A stretch of DNA of 61,452 bases. Origin: Spirochaetia bacterium. Lineage in GTDB: Bacteria > Spirochaetota > Spirochaetia > CADAEX01. The notes under the pieces were generated by a model. It saw only the letters and a list, made by a program, of their open reading frames with translations, was not told where the DNA came from and did no database searches. The stretch covers positions 1 to 61,452 of the forward strand of contig JAFZIU010000028.1 of NCBI GenBank assembly GCA_017554185.1, read 5' to 3'. Position 1 is the stretch's first letter, and the number at the start of each line of letters is the position of its first letter. This document shows positions 19,209 through 28,737 of the stretch, in pieces. The position numbers and the translations under genes were made by a program.

Positions 19209-20401
19209 AATGGCATTGCCGCCTTATAGAGCACCAAGTCTGGACTTCCTGATATTGTGTATGCACCGGCGGCGGCAGGCACCAGGACAGCTGTTCCACC
19301 CTTCAGTTCAAGTGAAAAGTCTTTGTTGGCAATCCTGCCTGTGCCGGAATAGACAAATAGAATCTCCAGGCTGTGTTCAGAAGGTCCTGTATAAGGACTG
19401 CCGTCACTGATTATGGAGGAGAAGCAGAACTCATCCCAGCCTGGGGAATAAACCTTCTCCACCCCCTTCTCCACAGGTTCTACGCATACTTTGGAGCCAT
19501 GGACAAACTTCATTATGTTGAAAAGCTCAAGCACATCTATGAATTTCTCGGTCAGGCCGCCCCTTATTGTGTTGTCGGATGATGACATGACCTCGAAGCA
19601 GAGGCCGTCCACATAGGAATGGAGCTGGCCTTCGTCGATAGACATGCATTCGCCCGGATTAAGCTTGATGCAGTTAAGGAAAAGAGGGGCAAAAACACAC
19701 CTGTCCTCGGGGAAATCGTATAAAAGCTTTCGGAAGATGAACTGCTCCACCTCTCCCATTCCCATGGCAGTGGTCTCCAGTTCCCGGAGCATGGCCTTTC
19801 GGAGGGTCTGGTCCATGGAAAGAAGCCGTGTAAAGAATTTTTTATAGAAATCTTCCTCGCCTGAATAGCGGAAATCCACAAATGCATTGCCACTGAATGG
19901 AAAGAATTTTTTAAAGTTTGCTTTAATTTCTTCTACTTTTCTAAAACCTTTTAAAGCATAAAAAGTAGAAATTGCATAAATCATCTCCCTTTTATGGTTA
20001 GGATCTTTATAGACCCGGGTAAAATGATCCATGGGGATATGGTTGCGTTCTTCCCGCTCAAAGCCGGCATGGGCAGTCTCTAAATCAGGATGTGCCTGGA
20101 TTGAAAGGGGTTTGTCTGCAGCAAGAACCTTGAACAGGAACGACAGGGAGCCGAACTGCTCCAAACAGCGCTTTCCAAGGGCTTTTTCGGGATTATCTGC
20201 AATAAAATCAGAGACAGGTATCCTCTTCCCTTCCACCTCTATATTGGACATGCCGTTGGGATGGCTTCCCATCCAGATCTCGGCCAGAGGCTTTCCATCC
20301 TTTGGAAGCCCTGTCAGAGCCTGTATCTTGGTCCCGGAACCCCAGGCGTAATGCTTCTGGGCCGGAATCAAACGGTAGAATCGATTATATTTATAATCCA
20401 T
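19205..20401 (-). CDS. manA: Mannose-6-phosphate isomerase class I
   Basis: YAWGS, AEIWMGSHP, LSIQAHP, YKDPNHK, HSY and SDNTIRGGLT motifs. Start reset to ATG 20401. Confidence 0.92.
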   Translation of the reverse strand: MDYKYNRFYRLIPAQKHYAWGSGTKIQALTGLPKDGKPLAEIWMGSHPNGMSNIEVEGKRIPVSDFIADNPEKALGKRCLEQFGSLSFLFKVLAADKPLSIQAHPDLETAHAGFEREERNHIPMDHFTRVYKDPNHKREMIYAISTFYALKGFRKVEEIKANFKKFFPFSGNAFVDFRYSGEEDFYKKFFTRLLSMDQTLRKAMLRELETTAMGMGEVEQFIFRKLLYDFPEDRCVFAPLFLNCIKLNPGECMSIDEGQLHSYVDGLCFEVMSSSDNTIRGGLTEKFIDVLELFNIMKFVHGSKVCVEPVEKGVEKVYSPGWDEFCFSSIISDGSPYTGPSEHSLEILFVYSGTGRIANKDFSLELKGGTAVLVPAAAGAYTISGSPDLVLYKAAMPL

Positions 20402-20407
20402 ATCATA

Positions 20408-20451
20408 ATAATATATAAAATCTTTAAAAATTTCAATCTTTGTGATATAAT
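20408..20451. promoter_or_regulatory. Back-to-back leaderless promoters of manA and dnaE
   Basis: Minus strand TTGAAA-17-TATTAT-6-ATG (manA); plus strand TGaTATAAT-6-ATG (dnaE). Confidence 0.65.
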
Positions 20452-20457
20452 ATAGGC

Positions 20458-23400
20458 ATGACTGATTTTGTCCATTTACATAACCATACAGACTATTCGC
20501 TCTTAGACGGAGCAATGAAGATTGATGACATGGTGGCCAAGGCAAAGAGCCTGGGAATGACCTCCATAGCCATCACCGACCACGGCAATATGTTCGGGGC
20601 CATCAACTTCTACAACAAGTGCCGGGACAGCGGAATAAAGCCTATAGTGGGCTGCGAGTTCTACCAGGCAGAGGGCTCCCGGAAGATAAAGAGCGGAACA
20701 GAGTTCGGAAATAAATACTTTCATCTGATTCTCCTGGCCAAGGATAACACCGGCTACCGGAACCTGATGAAGCTTAATTCCACTGCATATATCGACGGCT
20801 ACTATTATAAACCAAGAATCGACTTCGAGGTCCTGGAGCAGTATCACGAGGGGCTGGTGTGCTCAAGCGCCTGCATTGCCGGGGTTGTCCCAAAGCTGAT
20901 CATAAACGGCAAGCTGGATGAGGCCACCGCCATGGCCATGAAGTTCAACGATATCTTCGGCAAGGGCAACTACTTCCTGGAGCTTCAGAACCACGGCATC
21001 CCCGAAGAGAAGATATCAAACCAGGGGCTTATAGAGATTTCCAAGAAGACAGGCATCCCGCTTGTTGCCACCAACGACATACATTACCTTAACAGGGAGC
21101 ATGCCACTGCACAGGAGATACTTATATGCATAGGCACCCAGAAGACTATCAACTCCCCTGGCCGGCTCACCTTCTACAACGACCAGTTCTACATGAAAAG
21201 CCCGGACGAGATGGCAGCCCTCTTCCCCAATGTGCCCGAGGCTATCTCCAACACCAAGCTTATCGAAGAGATGTGCAATCTTGAGATTGAGTTCCCCGGT
21301 CCACACTTCCCTATTTTCGAGATTCCACCGGAGTTCCCCACCCAGGCCGATTACCTCAGGCATCTTACCTACAAGGGGTTGCCGGAACGGTATAAAGAGA
21401 TTACCCCGGAGATAAAAGAACGGGTTGAATATGAGCTTGATACAATAATCAGCCTGGGATTTGCAGGTTATTTCCTTATTGTGCAAGATTTTATCAACTG
21501 GTCAAAGGACCACGGCATACCTGTGGGTCCGGGTCGTGGATCCGGAGCAGGCTCTATTGTAGCCTACTGTATAAAAATAACCGACATCGACCCTCTTAAA
21601 TATGACCTGCTTTTCGAGCGGTTCCTCAACAAAGAAAGGGTCTCCCTGCCCGATTTTGATGTGGATTTTGCAAACGAAGGCCGTCAGCAGGTTATCGATT
21701 ATGTGACTCATAAATATGGTGCTGAGAAAGTAGGACAGATAATCACTTTCGGAACACTCAAGGCCAAGGCTGTTATAAAGGATGTGGCCCGGGTACTGGA
21801 AATTCCTTTCGCCGAGGCTAATGACATAGTAAAGAATATACCTGATGCGCCGCATAAAAAGGCAACTCTTGCCACTATGCTGGGCGAAGTGGACAAGTAT
21901 AAGAATAAGCCGGAGTTCAACGAATTTCCTGAACTTTATGGAATCCCCAACCTTATTGCCATAAAGGAGAAAGGGGGCATATATGAGCGGCTCTTCAAGG
22001 AGAGCAAATACCTGGAGAACATGGCCCGTCATGCCTCGCTCCATGCAGCAGGTATTGTAATCGGCGAGAAAGAACTTTCTGAATATGTTCCTCTTTTCAA
22101 AGGTACTAAGGATGACAAGGCAAACAGCGTGGCAACTCAGTACACCATGGATAAGCTTGAGGACTGCGGCCTTGTGAAGATGGACTTCCTGGGGCTCAAG
22201 ACCCTTGATGTGATCAAGCATACCGAAGAACTTATACGCAAACGGGGCATTGCATTTGATTCCAGGGAAATCCCTATGGATGACAAAAAGACATACCAGA
22301 TGATGAGTGCTGGAAAAAGCGTGGCTGTGTTCCAGTTTGAAAGCCCGGGCATGCAGAAAATCCTCAAGGAGGCAAAACCGACCAGCATAGAGGACCTTAT
22401 AGCCCTGAACGCCCTGTTCCGGCCAGGCCCTATTAAATATATCCCCCAGTTCTGTAACTGCAAGAACGGTGTGGAGCCTATTAAATATCTTCACCCAGAC
22501 CTTGAGCCGCTGCTGAAGAACACATATGGTGTAATTGTATATCAGGAGCAGGTAATGAAGGTTGCCCAGCTTATAGGCGATTTTACCCTGGGCAATGCAG
22601 ATATCCTCAGGCGTAATATGTCCAAGAAGAAAGAAGACAAGCTGAAAGCCCAGAAGGCTGATTTTTTAGCCGGAGCTAAGCGCAAAGGATATACAGAACA
22701 GCTTGCCAATGAAGTTTTCAAGATGCTGGAGCCTTTTGCAGGATATGGCTTCAACAAGAGCCATGCAGCAGCCTATTCTGTGGTTGCATACCGGACTGCA
22801 TATCTTAAGTGCCACTACCCTGCCGAGTTCATGGCTGCAAACCTGACCAACGAGATTGGAAACCCAGACCACTTCAAGATGTATCTGGAAGAGACAAAGG
22901 CCATGAAGCTCAAGATTCTTCCTCCCACCATCAATGTGTCGGAAAAATTCTTCACTGTAGACAAGGGAAAGATTGTCTATGGAATCCAGGGAATCAAGGA
23001 TACCGGCGATGCAGTGGTGGACGAGGTGCTCAAGACCCGAAAGGATGGGCCGTTCAAGAGCTTCGACGACTTCCTTAAGCGGGTGGATCTGAGGGTGCTT
23101 AACAAGCGGGTTGTCGATTCCCTGATCAAGGCGGGCGTATTTGATGAACTTGAGCCTAACCGTGCAAAGCTGGCCTACAATGCAGAACGTCTTATAGATT
23201 ACTATGCCGCCGAGCAGGAGAAAGAGAAGATGGGAATGATATCCCTCTTCGGTGATGATGATGTAGCCATGCAGCCTCTGTCAATGGAAGATGTGCCCGA
23301 CTGGGAGCTAAAGGAGAAACTGGCCTTCGAGAAAGAGCGGCTTGGTTTCTATGTATCGGGACATCCTCTGGATAAGTATAAGAGAATATACAACAAGTAT

Positions 23401-23940
23401 GTCACCTTGCCTATGAATGACCTTAAGCATGCAACTCCCGGCCGGAAATATGTAATAATAGGTCTGGTCAAGGAGATACGGAATATCATAACCAAGAATA
23501 AGAGTGCTATGGGCGTGGTTACCATAGAGACCTTTGACGGCGACCTTCCTGTTGTCTTCTTCAGCAAGCCCTGGGCCGATTATCAGCCATTGATTGCAGA
23601 GGACAAGGCACTGGCCTTTACCGGTCAGATAGACCTGCGTAATATTGATTCTCCGCAGCTCAGGGGCGAGAAAGTCGAGGAGATTGATGAAATCAAGACA
23701 CACAGCAGCTTCAGCCAGGTTCATATAGTTATCGAAGAACCTTTCTCCGAGATGCAGCTTGAAAAGCTGAAGGAATATATGATTGACCATGAGGGTGGCT
23801 GCTCAGTATTTTTACATATAAAGGGGTCTGATAATGAGACTGTGGTACAGGTGAATCATCTGATCAAGGTAAAAGGTGATTTTGATGTACCGGAAGAATC
23901 GGAACTCAGGCAGTTCATAACTGATATCTGGAAGGAATAA
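20458..23940 (+). CDS. dnaE: DNA polymerase III alpha subunit
   Basis: PHP domain HLHNHTDYS, GPGRGSGAGS, PDFDVD, KMDFLGL, YGFNKSH, and an OB-fold. Confidence 0.98.
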   Translation: MTDFVHLHNHTDYSLLDGAMKIDDMVAKAKSLGMTSIAITDHGNMFGAINFYNKCRDSGIKPIVGCEFYQAEGSRKIKSGTEFGNKYFHLILLAKDNTGYRNLMKLNSTAYIDGYYYKPRIDFEVLEQYHEGLVCSSACIAGVVPKLIINGKLDEATAMAMKFNDIFGKGNYFLELQNHGIPEEKISNQGLIEISKKTGIPLVATNDIHYLNREHATAQEILICIGTQKTINSPGRLTFYNDQFYMKSPDEMAALFPNVPEAISNTKLIEEMCNLEIEFPGPHFPIFEIPPEFPTQADYLRHLTYKGLPERYKEITPEIKERVEYELDTIISLGFAGYFLIVQDFINWSKDHGIPVGPGRGSGAGSIVAYCIKITDIDPLKYDLLFERFLNKERVSLPDFDVDFANEGRQQVIDYVTHKYGAEKVGQIITFGTLKAKAVIKDVARVLEIPFAEANDIVKNIPDAPHKKATLATMLGEVDKYKNKPEFNEFPELYGIPNLIAIKEKGGIYERLFKESKYLENMARHASLHAAGIVIGEKELSEYVPLFKGTKDDKANSVATQYTMDKLEDCGLVKMDFLGLKTLDVIKHTEELIRKRGIAFDSREIPMDDKKTYQMMSAGKSVAVFQFESPGMQKILKEAKPTSIEDLIALNALFRPGPIKYIPQFCNCKNGVEPIKYLHPDLEPLLKNTYGVIVYQEQVMKVAQLIGDFTLGNADILRRNMSKKKEDKLKAQKADFLAGAKRKGYTEQLANEVFKMLEPFAGYGFNKSHAAAYSVVAYRTAYLKCHYPAEFMAANLTNEIGNPDHFKMYLEETKAMKLKILPPTINVSEKFFTVDKGKIVYGIQGIKDTGDAVVDEVLKTRKDGPFKSFDDFLKRVDLRVLNKRVVDSLIKAGVFDELEPNRAKLAYNAERLIDYYAAEQEKEKMGMISLFGDDDVAMQPLSMEDVPDWELKEKLAFEKERLGFYVSGHPLDKYKRIYNKYVTLPMNDLKHATPGRKYVIIGLVKEIRNIITKNKSAMGVVTIETFDGDLPVVFFSKPWADYQPLIAEDKALAFTGQIDLRNIDSPQLRGEKVEEIDEIKTHSSFSQVHIVIEEPFSEMQLEKLKEYMIDHEGGCSVFLHIKGSDNETVVQVNHLIKVKGDFDVPEESELRQFITDIWKE

Positions 23941-23948
23941 GGGAGGCT

Positions 23949-24530
23949 TTGATGAAGCTTTTAGAGGTTCTTGCATTTATTTTCTCGCTCTATACCATGC
24001 TTATTGTTGTGGATATTATCCTTAAATGGATTTACTCGGGTCCAAAGGGAAGAGGAACCATGATGATATCACAGCTTACCGACCCGTTCCTCAATTTCTT
24101 CAAGAGATTCCGCATATCACGGATTGGATATATCGACATCTCTCCCCTCCTGGCCGTGCTTACCCTCTCCATAATCAACCAGATACTGGGGCGCATCAGG
24201 GAGCTTGGAAGCATCACATTCTGGGCTATCATAGCAATTATCATCTCCTCTGTCTGGAATGTGATAATGACACTGCTTCTGGCAGTGCTGGTGGTAGCTG
24301 CAGTTCGTTACCTTTTCTTAATGTTCACCACCAACAAGATGAACTCATTTGCCAATGCCTGCGACGCTTTCTTTATCCCGCTTTCCAGCAGGATTGCATC
24401 AGTATTTATAAAGAATGCTTCATCAAGCTACCAGCTTAATCTGATAATCTCCATCATTGTAGTGGCTGTCCTCCTTACTGTGGGCAGCTTCAGCATCACT
24501 TGGCTTACCAACCTTCTAACAGGAATGTGA
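23949..24530 (+). CDS. YggT family membrane protein
   Basis: LTDPFL...IDISPLLA motif; position between dnaE and recG. Confidence 0.8.
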   Translation: MMKLLEVLAFIFSLYTMLIVVDIILKWIYSGPKGRGTMMISQLTDPFLNFFKRFRISRIGYIDISPLLAVLTLSIINQILGRIRELGSITFWAIIAIIISSVWNVIMTLLLAVLVVAAVRYLFLMFTTNKMNSFANACDAFFIPLSSRIASVFIKNASSSYQLNLIISIIVVAVLLTVGSFSITWLTNLLTGM

Positions 24531-26491
24531 TGGCTACTCTTGAGTCTTTGAAAGGTGTGGGCCAGGCTTCGCTCAGGGAGCTCAAGGGGGCCGGCATTGC
24601 CACTCTGGATGACCTTATGGGGTACTTTCCCAGGGATTATGAGTTCCGTGACAGGCTTGTACAGTTCAAGGACGGATTTACCTTCGGAGCACAGCAGGTA
24701 AAGATAAATACAGTATGCACAGTCACAGGGCAGGAATACTTCGGCCAGACCTTCAAGCAGACTCTTAAGATCACTGTTTCGGACGGCACAGGATATGCAT
24801 CTCTCATATGCTTTGGCCGTAATTTCCTGGCCAATACCCTAAAGGTGGGTAGAAAGATATTCCTTTCCGGCGTGTTCCAGGTGCGTTTCGGCGAACTCCA
24901 GAGTTCAAATTTCGATTACGAGCTATGGTCCGAAAACCCTCAGTTCTTCGGCAAGATACTCCCTATTTATCCCCTTTCGGGAAAGCTTACACAGAATTTC
25001 CTGCGCAAAAGCGTGATGCAGGCCTATACCCTGCAGGGGCAGTATGAGGAGAACATAATTCCAGAGAAGCTCAGGCAGCTGAACGGCCTTATGGACAGGA
25101 AGGATGCCATACGCAACATCCACTTCCCCGAGAGCAAGGAGAAGCTTGAGGATGCAATCCGCACCCTTAAATACGAGGAGATCCTCCTTTTCGAGCAGAA
25201 TATAAAGGAAGCGGTGAAGAAGCGGAAGGTGGTGAAGAAGCGCACTGTAAAGCTGCCCCGGGAACTGCAGAGGAAAGTGGCTGCCAGCCTCCCTTTCCAG
25301 CTTACCGATGACCAGATAGAAGTCATAGACCAGATCTATGCCGATTCCAACCTGGATGAAAGCATTTCCCGCATTATACAGGGGGATGTGGGCTGCGGAA
25401 AGACGCTTATAGGATTCCTCTCGGCCCTGCCCTATATAGAGGCAGGGATGCAGACCGCCTTCATTGCCCCAACCGAGCTTCTTGCCGAGCAGCATGTGAA
25501 GACTGCGTCCCGCATTTTCGAGGGAACCGGGGTGCGGCTTGCATTCCTTTCGGGCAAGCTTACCGGCAAGAAGCGGGAGCTGCTGCTGGAGGCGCTGGCC
25601 AAGGGAGAGATTGACCTTTTAATAGGCACCCACGCAGTGCTCTCAAGCAATGTGGTGTTCAAGGACCTTGAGTTTGCCATTATAGACGAGCAGCAGCGGT
25701 TCGGCGTAATCCAGCGGTCTGCACTTCTTGAGAAAGGACGGCAGATCGATTACATAATGATGTCTGCAACCCCTATTCCGCGCTCTTTGGAGATGGCATT
25801 CTTCGGAGAGCTGAAGATATCCACAGTGCGCACCATGCCTCCTGGGAGAAAGCCGGTTATAACCTACACTGTCAAGGAAGGAAACGAAGAGAAGATCTAC
25901 ACCTGGGTGCGGAAGGAGCTGGCCATGGGACATCAGGCCTACTTTGTCTACCCTCTTATAGATGAGTCTGAGAAGATGAACCTTAAGAATGCCAGCCAGA
26001 TGCACGAGATGCTTAGCAGCCAGGTGTTCCCTGAATACAAGTGCGCCCTAATCCACTCCAAGATGAAGGAAGAGGATAAAGAGAGAATAATGACCGACTT
26101 TGCAGCAGGCCGTATACAGATTCTTATTGCCACCAGCGTGGTGGAGGTGGGTGTTGATGTGAAGACTGCCACCTGCATGGTAATTGAACACGCCGAGCGG
26201 TTTGGCCTGTCCTCCCTCCACCAGCTGCGGGGCCGCGTGGGCCGTTCCGAGCTGCAGGCCTACACTTTCCTGGTGTTCAGCAGCGAGCTTACCGACCATG
26301 CCAAGGAACGGCTGCGGATCATGAAGGAGACCAACGACGGCTTTGAGATTGCAGAGCGGGACCTGAAGCTCCGCGGCCCCGGGGATATAGCAGGGGTGGA
26401 TCAGTCCGGCTTTATGAACTTCCGTCTGGCCGATATCTTCGAGGATATTGATTTAGTAAAGAGAATCAGGAAAGACCTGGAAAACCTTTAA
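24530..26491 (+). CDS. recG: ATP-dependent DNA helicase RecG
   Basis: QGDVGCGKT, DEQQRFG, SATPIPR, QLRGRVGR and DLKLRGPG motifs. Start ATG 24530 coupled to the yggT stop. Confidence 0.96.
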   Translation: MATLESLKGVGQASLRELKGAGIATLDDLMGYFPRDYEFRDRLVQFKDGFTFGAQQVKINTVCTVTGQEYFGQTFKQTLKITVSDGTGYASLICFGRNFLANTLKVGRKIFLSGVFQVRFGELQSSNFDYELWSENPQFFGKILPIYPLSGKLTQNFLRKSVMQAYTLQGQYEENIIPEKLRQLNGLMDRKDAIRNIHFPESKEKLEDAIRTLKYEEILLFEQNIKEAVKKRKVVKKRTVKLPRELQRKVAASLPFQLTDDQIEVIDQIYADSNLDESISRIIQGDVGCGKTLIGFLSALPYIEAGMQTAFIAPTELLAEQHVKTASRIFEGTGVRLAFLSGKLTGKKRELLLEALAKGEIDLLIGTHAVLSSNVVFKDLEFAIIDEQQRFGVIQRSALLEKGRQIDYIMMSATPIPRSLEMAFFGELKISTVRTMPPGRKPVITYTVKEGNEEKIYTWVRKELAMGHQAYFVYPLIDESEKMNLKNASQMHEMLSSQVFPEYKCALIHSKMKEEDKERIMTDFAAGRIQILIATSVVEVGVDVKTATCMVIEHAERFGLSSLHQLRGRVGRSELQAYTFLVFSSELTDHAKERLRIMKETNDGFEIAERDLKLRGPGDIAGVDQSGFMNFRLADIFEDIDLVKRIRKDLENL

Positions 26492-27849
26492 AGAAGTATC
26501 TTTTTCCCTGTCAGCTTATTGACTGCATCCAGCAGTGCATTATGCTCTTTTTCTGCAAAGGCTCTGTAAGAGGAAGCTGTCTTCTTTGCATACTTAAGGT
26601 TAAGATTTCCAGGTGTACCGGTGGAAGTCCTCTTCTTAATGGCTACAACAGGGTCCTCGTTCTTAAGCTTGTCCAGATTAAGGCCGACCTCTTTGTAGGC
26701 ATCCCGGAAGCTCTTTCCAGAAGCCACAAGGCGCAGAGCCTCGTCGGTGGCAAAGATATCAGGAGTGAAGCCCTCTTTAAGCTTATCCCTGTTCACCTGG
26801 AGCTCATCAACAGTAAGTTTGGCCACCAGTGTGCTCATATAAGCAGTATCCATAATCTTTATAAAGAGTTCCTTTGTCTCCTGGAAATCCCGGTTATATC
26901 CGGTGGGAAGAGCACGTACTACGTTCTTCATTCCCATGCAGAGACCAGATACAGATGCAGCTTTGCCACGGAGGAGCTCAAGGCCGTCCGGGTTCTTCTT
27001 CTGCGGCATTATGCTGCTTCCTGAACACAGGGAGGCTGGCAGCGAGAAATAGCCGAATTCAGGCATGGAAAAGATAATAAGGTCCTGGGCCAGCTTGCTG
27101 AAAGTAATGGTCATCTGCTCAAGAGCATCGGCAATCATAGACTCAATCTTGCCCCGTGAATTGTTGGCATAGAGCACGTTGTTCTGTATACCTGCAAAGC
27201 CTAAGAGGGATGCAGTGAGCTCCCGGTCAAGCGGCAGCGGCACCCCATAGCTTGCGGCAGAGCCCAGTGGACAGCGGTTATTAAGGTCATAGGCGGCCTT
27301 GAGGAATGCAATGTCGTCCAGAAGCTCCTCGGCAAATGCAGCACCCCACAGCCCTACAGAAGATGGCATTGCAATCTGCATGTGTGTGCGGCCGGGCATA
27401 GGGACATTCTTATACTTTTCTGCAAAGGCAGTGAGAGAATCAACCAGATCAAGGGCCTTGTCCATAATCTGCAGCATTCGGGTCTTGGCATAGAAACGGG
27501 TGGCAGTAAGCACCTGGTCATTCCTGGACCGGCCAGTGTGCACCTTCTTGCCTGCCTCACCCAGCTTTGCAGTAAGGTAGCCTTCGATTGCAGTATGGCA
27601 GTCCTCGTCCGAAAGCTTTATCTCGAACTTCCCTTCCCTATCCAGCTTGATTATTTCCAAGAGTGCGGCTTTAAGAGCCTTGAACTCAGCTTTTGTTAGG
27701 ACCCCTATCTCAGAAAGCATCTGGATATGGGCAATGCTGCAGAGGCAGTCCGACACCACCAGATTCTTGTCCAGGATATAATCGTTTCCAACAGTGAACT
27801 TCTCAAGAAGCTCGTTAAGATCATAGTTTTTAAACCACAGTTTAGCCAT
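26488..27849 (-). CDS. argH: Argininosuccinate lyase
   Basis: HTGRSRNDQ, GSSIMPQKKNPD and GYNRD motifs. Confidence 0.95.
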   Translation of the reverse strand: MAKLWFKNYDLNELLEKFTVGNDYILDKNLVVSDCLCSIAHIQMLSEIGVLTKAEFKALKAALLEIIKLDREGKFEIKLSDEDCHTAIEGYLTAKLGEAGKKVHTGRSRNDQVLTATRFYAKTRMLQIMDKALDLVDSLTAFAEKYKNVPMPGRTHMQIAMPSSVGLWGAAFAEELLDDIAFLKAAYDLNNRCPLGSAASYGVPLPLDRELTASLLGFAGIQNNVLYANNSRGKIESMIADALEQMTITFSKLAQDLIIFSMPEFGYFSLPASLCSGSSIMPQKKNPDGLELLRGKAASVSGLCMGMKNVVRALPTGYNRDFQETKELFIKIMDTAYMSTLVAKLTVDELQVNRDKLKEGFTPDIFATDEALRLVASGKSFRDAYKEVGLNLDKLKNEDPVVAIKKRTSTGTPGNLNLKYAKKTASSYRAFAEKEHNALLDAVNKLTGKKILL

Positions 27850-27864
27850 GTTACATTCCTTATA

Positions 27865-28737
27865 TCAAAGCTTTATCCGTTTTGTTCCAATAAGCTGGAA
27901 AGGAAGCTCAAAACTCTTAAGATATGGAGATGTGGACTTGCAGAAAAGAGTTCCCTTGAAATCAAAACGCACATCCTGCTCACTCAAGACAAGGGCATAG
28001 GCCTCTGATACCATGCTGCTGGTCCTCAGCGCTATATTGAGCGGTATGTCGCTCTTCTGCCCCGGCTTTACCAATATCTGGCGCCGTGTGTTTCCAGTTG
28101 CCCACTTTGTGTTGTTTATAATCAGTGAATAATCGACACGCTCCAGATGAATATCAAAGCCGTTTTTATTCTGTATGGAAGCGGTGACAGCAAATACTAC
28201 CTGATCTGTCTCCATGGATTTAAGGAGGATGGAATCAAGGTTCACCACTGGCTTCTTAAGCATTGGAAGCTCGCCTGTAGCCACCACAGAGTTGTTGGAT
28301 TTTCCGAATATAGGAAGCTTGAAGTTGACATCTGCTGACACAGAATAAGAAACTACATCCAGCCTCTGCAGGGAAGGATGCTTCTCGTACAGCTCCTTGA
28401 AAGCGATGGAGATGGGAATCTGTATTTCCTCCACCTTGTTGGGGGCAATCTTTCCATTGTCTGGCAGCGAACCTGTTTTATATAGTATCTCTCCCAGCTT
28501 AAGGGTCCAGGTTATCTTAGGATAATCGACAGAGATGGAGTTAAGGTTGTTTATCTTCAAGTTGAGCATTGCCTCCATCGAATCAAAATCGAGGGAAGTG
28601 ATCTCAAGCCCATCTGTTGATACATCCGGCTTGTTGAAGACAGACTGGATAGGGTTCTTGATGGCAGCCATGCCAGTCTGGCAGATCAGAAAGAGGAAAA
28701 ATATAAATAATACAAGAGCTTTTTTCTTAAGCATCAT
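27865..28737 (-). CDS. Exported protein with tandem LEA_2/WHy domains
   Basis: Signal peptide; two repeats of the KP.V..I.N.N..I beta-sandwich pattern. Confidence 0.7.
   Translation of the reverse strand: MMLKKKALVLFIFFLFLICQTGMAAIKNPIQSVFNKPDVSTDGLEITSLDFDSMEAMLNLKINNLNSISVDYPKITWTLKLGEILYKTGSLPDNGKIAPNKVEEIQIPISIAFKELYEKHPSLQRLDVVSYSVSADVNFKLPIFGKSNNSVVATGELPMLKKPVVNLDSILLKSMETDQVVFAVTASIQNKNGFDIHLERVDYSLIINNTKWATGNTRRQILVKPGQKSDIPLNIALRTSSMVSEAYALVLSEQDVRFDFKGTLFCKSTSPYLKSFELPFQLIGTKRIKL

Noticed and set aside
21502-22494. Long antisense ORFs (330 aa here; also 2534-3253, 4267-5067, 30737-31570, 35556-36452, 47614-48393)
   Set aside because: They are shadow frames opposite well-conserved genes, with no recognisable motifs or RBS.
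20458-26491. Inteins in dnaE or recG
   Set aside because: Protein lengths are normal and there are no splice-junction or LAGLIDADG motifs; DnaE has only a short insertion in the polymerase region.
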